Shown here in pieces: positions 63,847 to 64,000 of a DNA stretch of 64,000 nucleotides (the first letter of the stretch is position 1; the number at the start of each line of letters is the position of its first letter). The notes beneath the pieces were generated by a model, which had not been told where the DNA came from, searched no databases, and worked only from the letters and a program-made list of their open reading frames with translations. Origin of the DNA: Oikopleura dioica (taxonomy: Eukaryota > Animalia > Chordata). The stretch covers positions 6,262,001 to 6,326,000 of the forward strand of contig OU015568.1 in assembly GCA_907165135.1 (NCBI GenBank), in the 5' to 3' direction. The position numbers were made by a program, and so were the translations under genes.

Positions 63847-64000
63847 ACTGTACGTAGTACTGTTTTCAAAAAGTAAGCTCTGAATTATTTGAGCAGTTCA
63901 AGTTTTGATAATAACCTAGGGTAGAACCCTAATTTGCTTATTGTTAATTAGCCCCTTGAATATTTTATGAACAGAACTCAAAAGGCCTAAACGTGGTTCG

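Overview
Eukaryotic, gene-dense DNA with many ~40-50 bp introns, including GA-AG and GC-AG introns, and a GH6 cellulase-family gene. This combination points to the appendicularian tunicate Oikopleura (inference; no database search was possible). The first 22 kb hold two copies of one env-less Ty3/Gypsy LTR retrotransposon, both on the minus strand. Copy 1 (1-5489, cut by the window edge) sits in an HSL-family esterase gene. Copy 2 (15551-22383) has a 4-bp TSD GCAT and an intact 1717-aa gag-pol ORF. Its 5' LTR is interrupted by an inverted block: 3'UTR, PPT, full LTR and exactly 18 nt complementary to the tRNA-Leu 3' end. This looks like a fossil of a double template switch onto the tRNA-primed minus strand. 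Host genes: a small 6-Cys secreted peptide, a TM-less R-SNARE-like protein, mucin-like membrane proteins, a KLF zinc-finger gene, the BK channel slo1/KCNMA1, a ~10-kb multi-vWA/collagen/Thr-rich secreted protein, a cationic secreted peptide, a trypsin-like protease with a Lys-rich tail, a type II Kelch-like protein, an ACBP, and a type II membrane-anchored GH6 whose catalytic aspartates appear replaced. Introns and spacers carry many MITEs (hAT-, piggyBac-, Kolobok- and Tc1-like by TSD), and two families share a modular AAGCCGC-n-GCGGCTT hairpin. Exon boundaries were assembled by eye, so the gene ends given are approximate. Several 1-bp frameshifts fall in homopolymer runs and may be sequencing errors.
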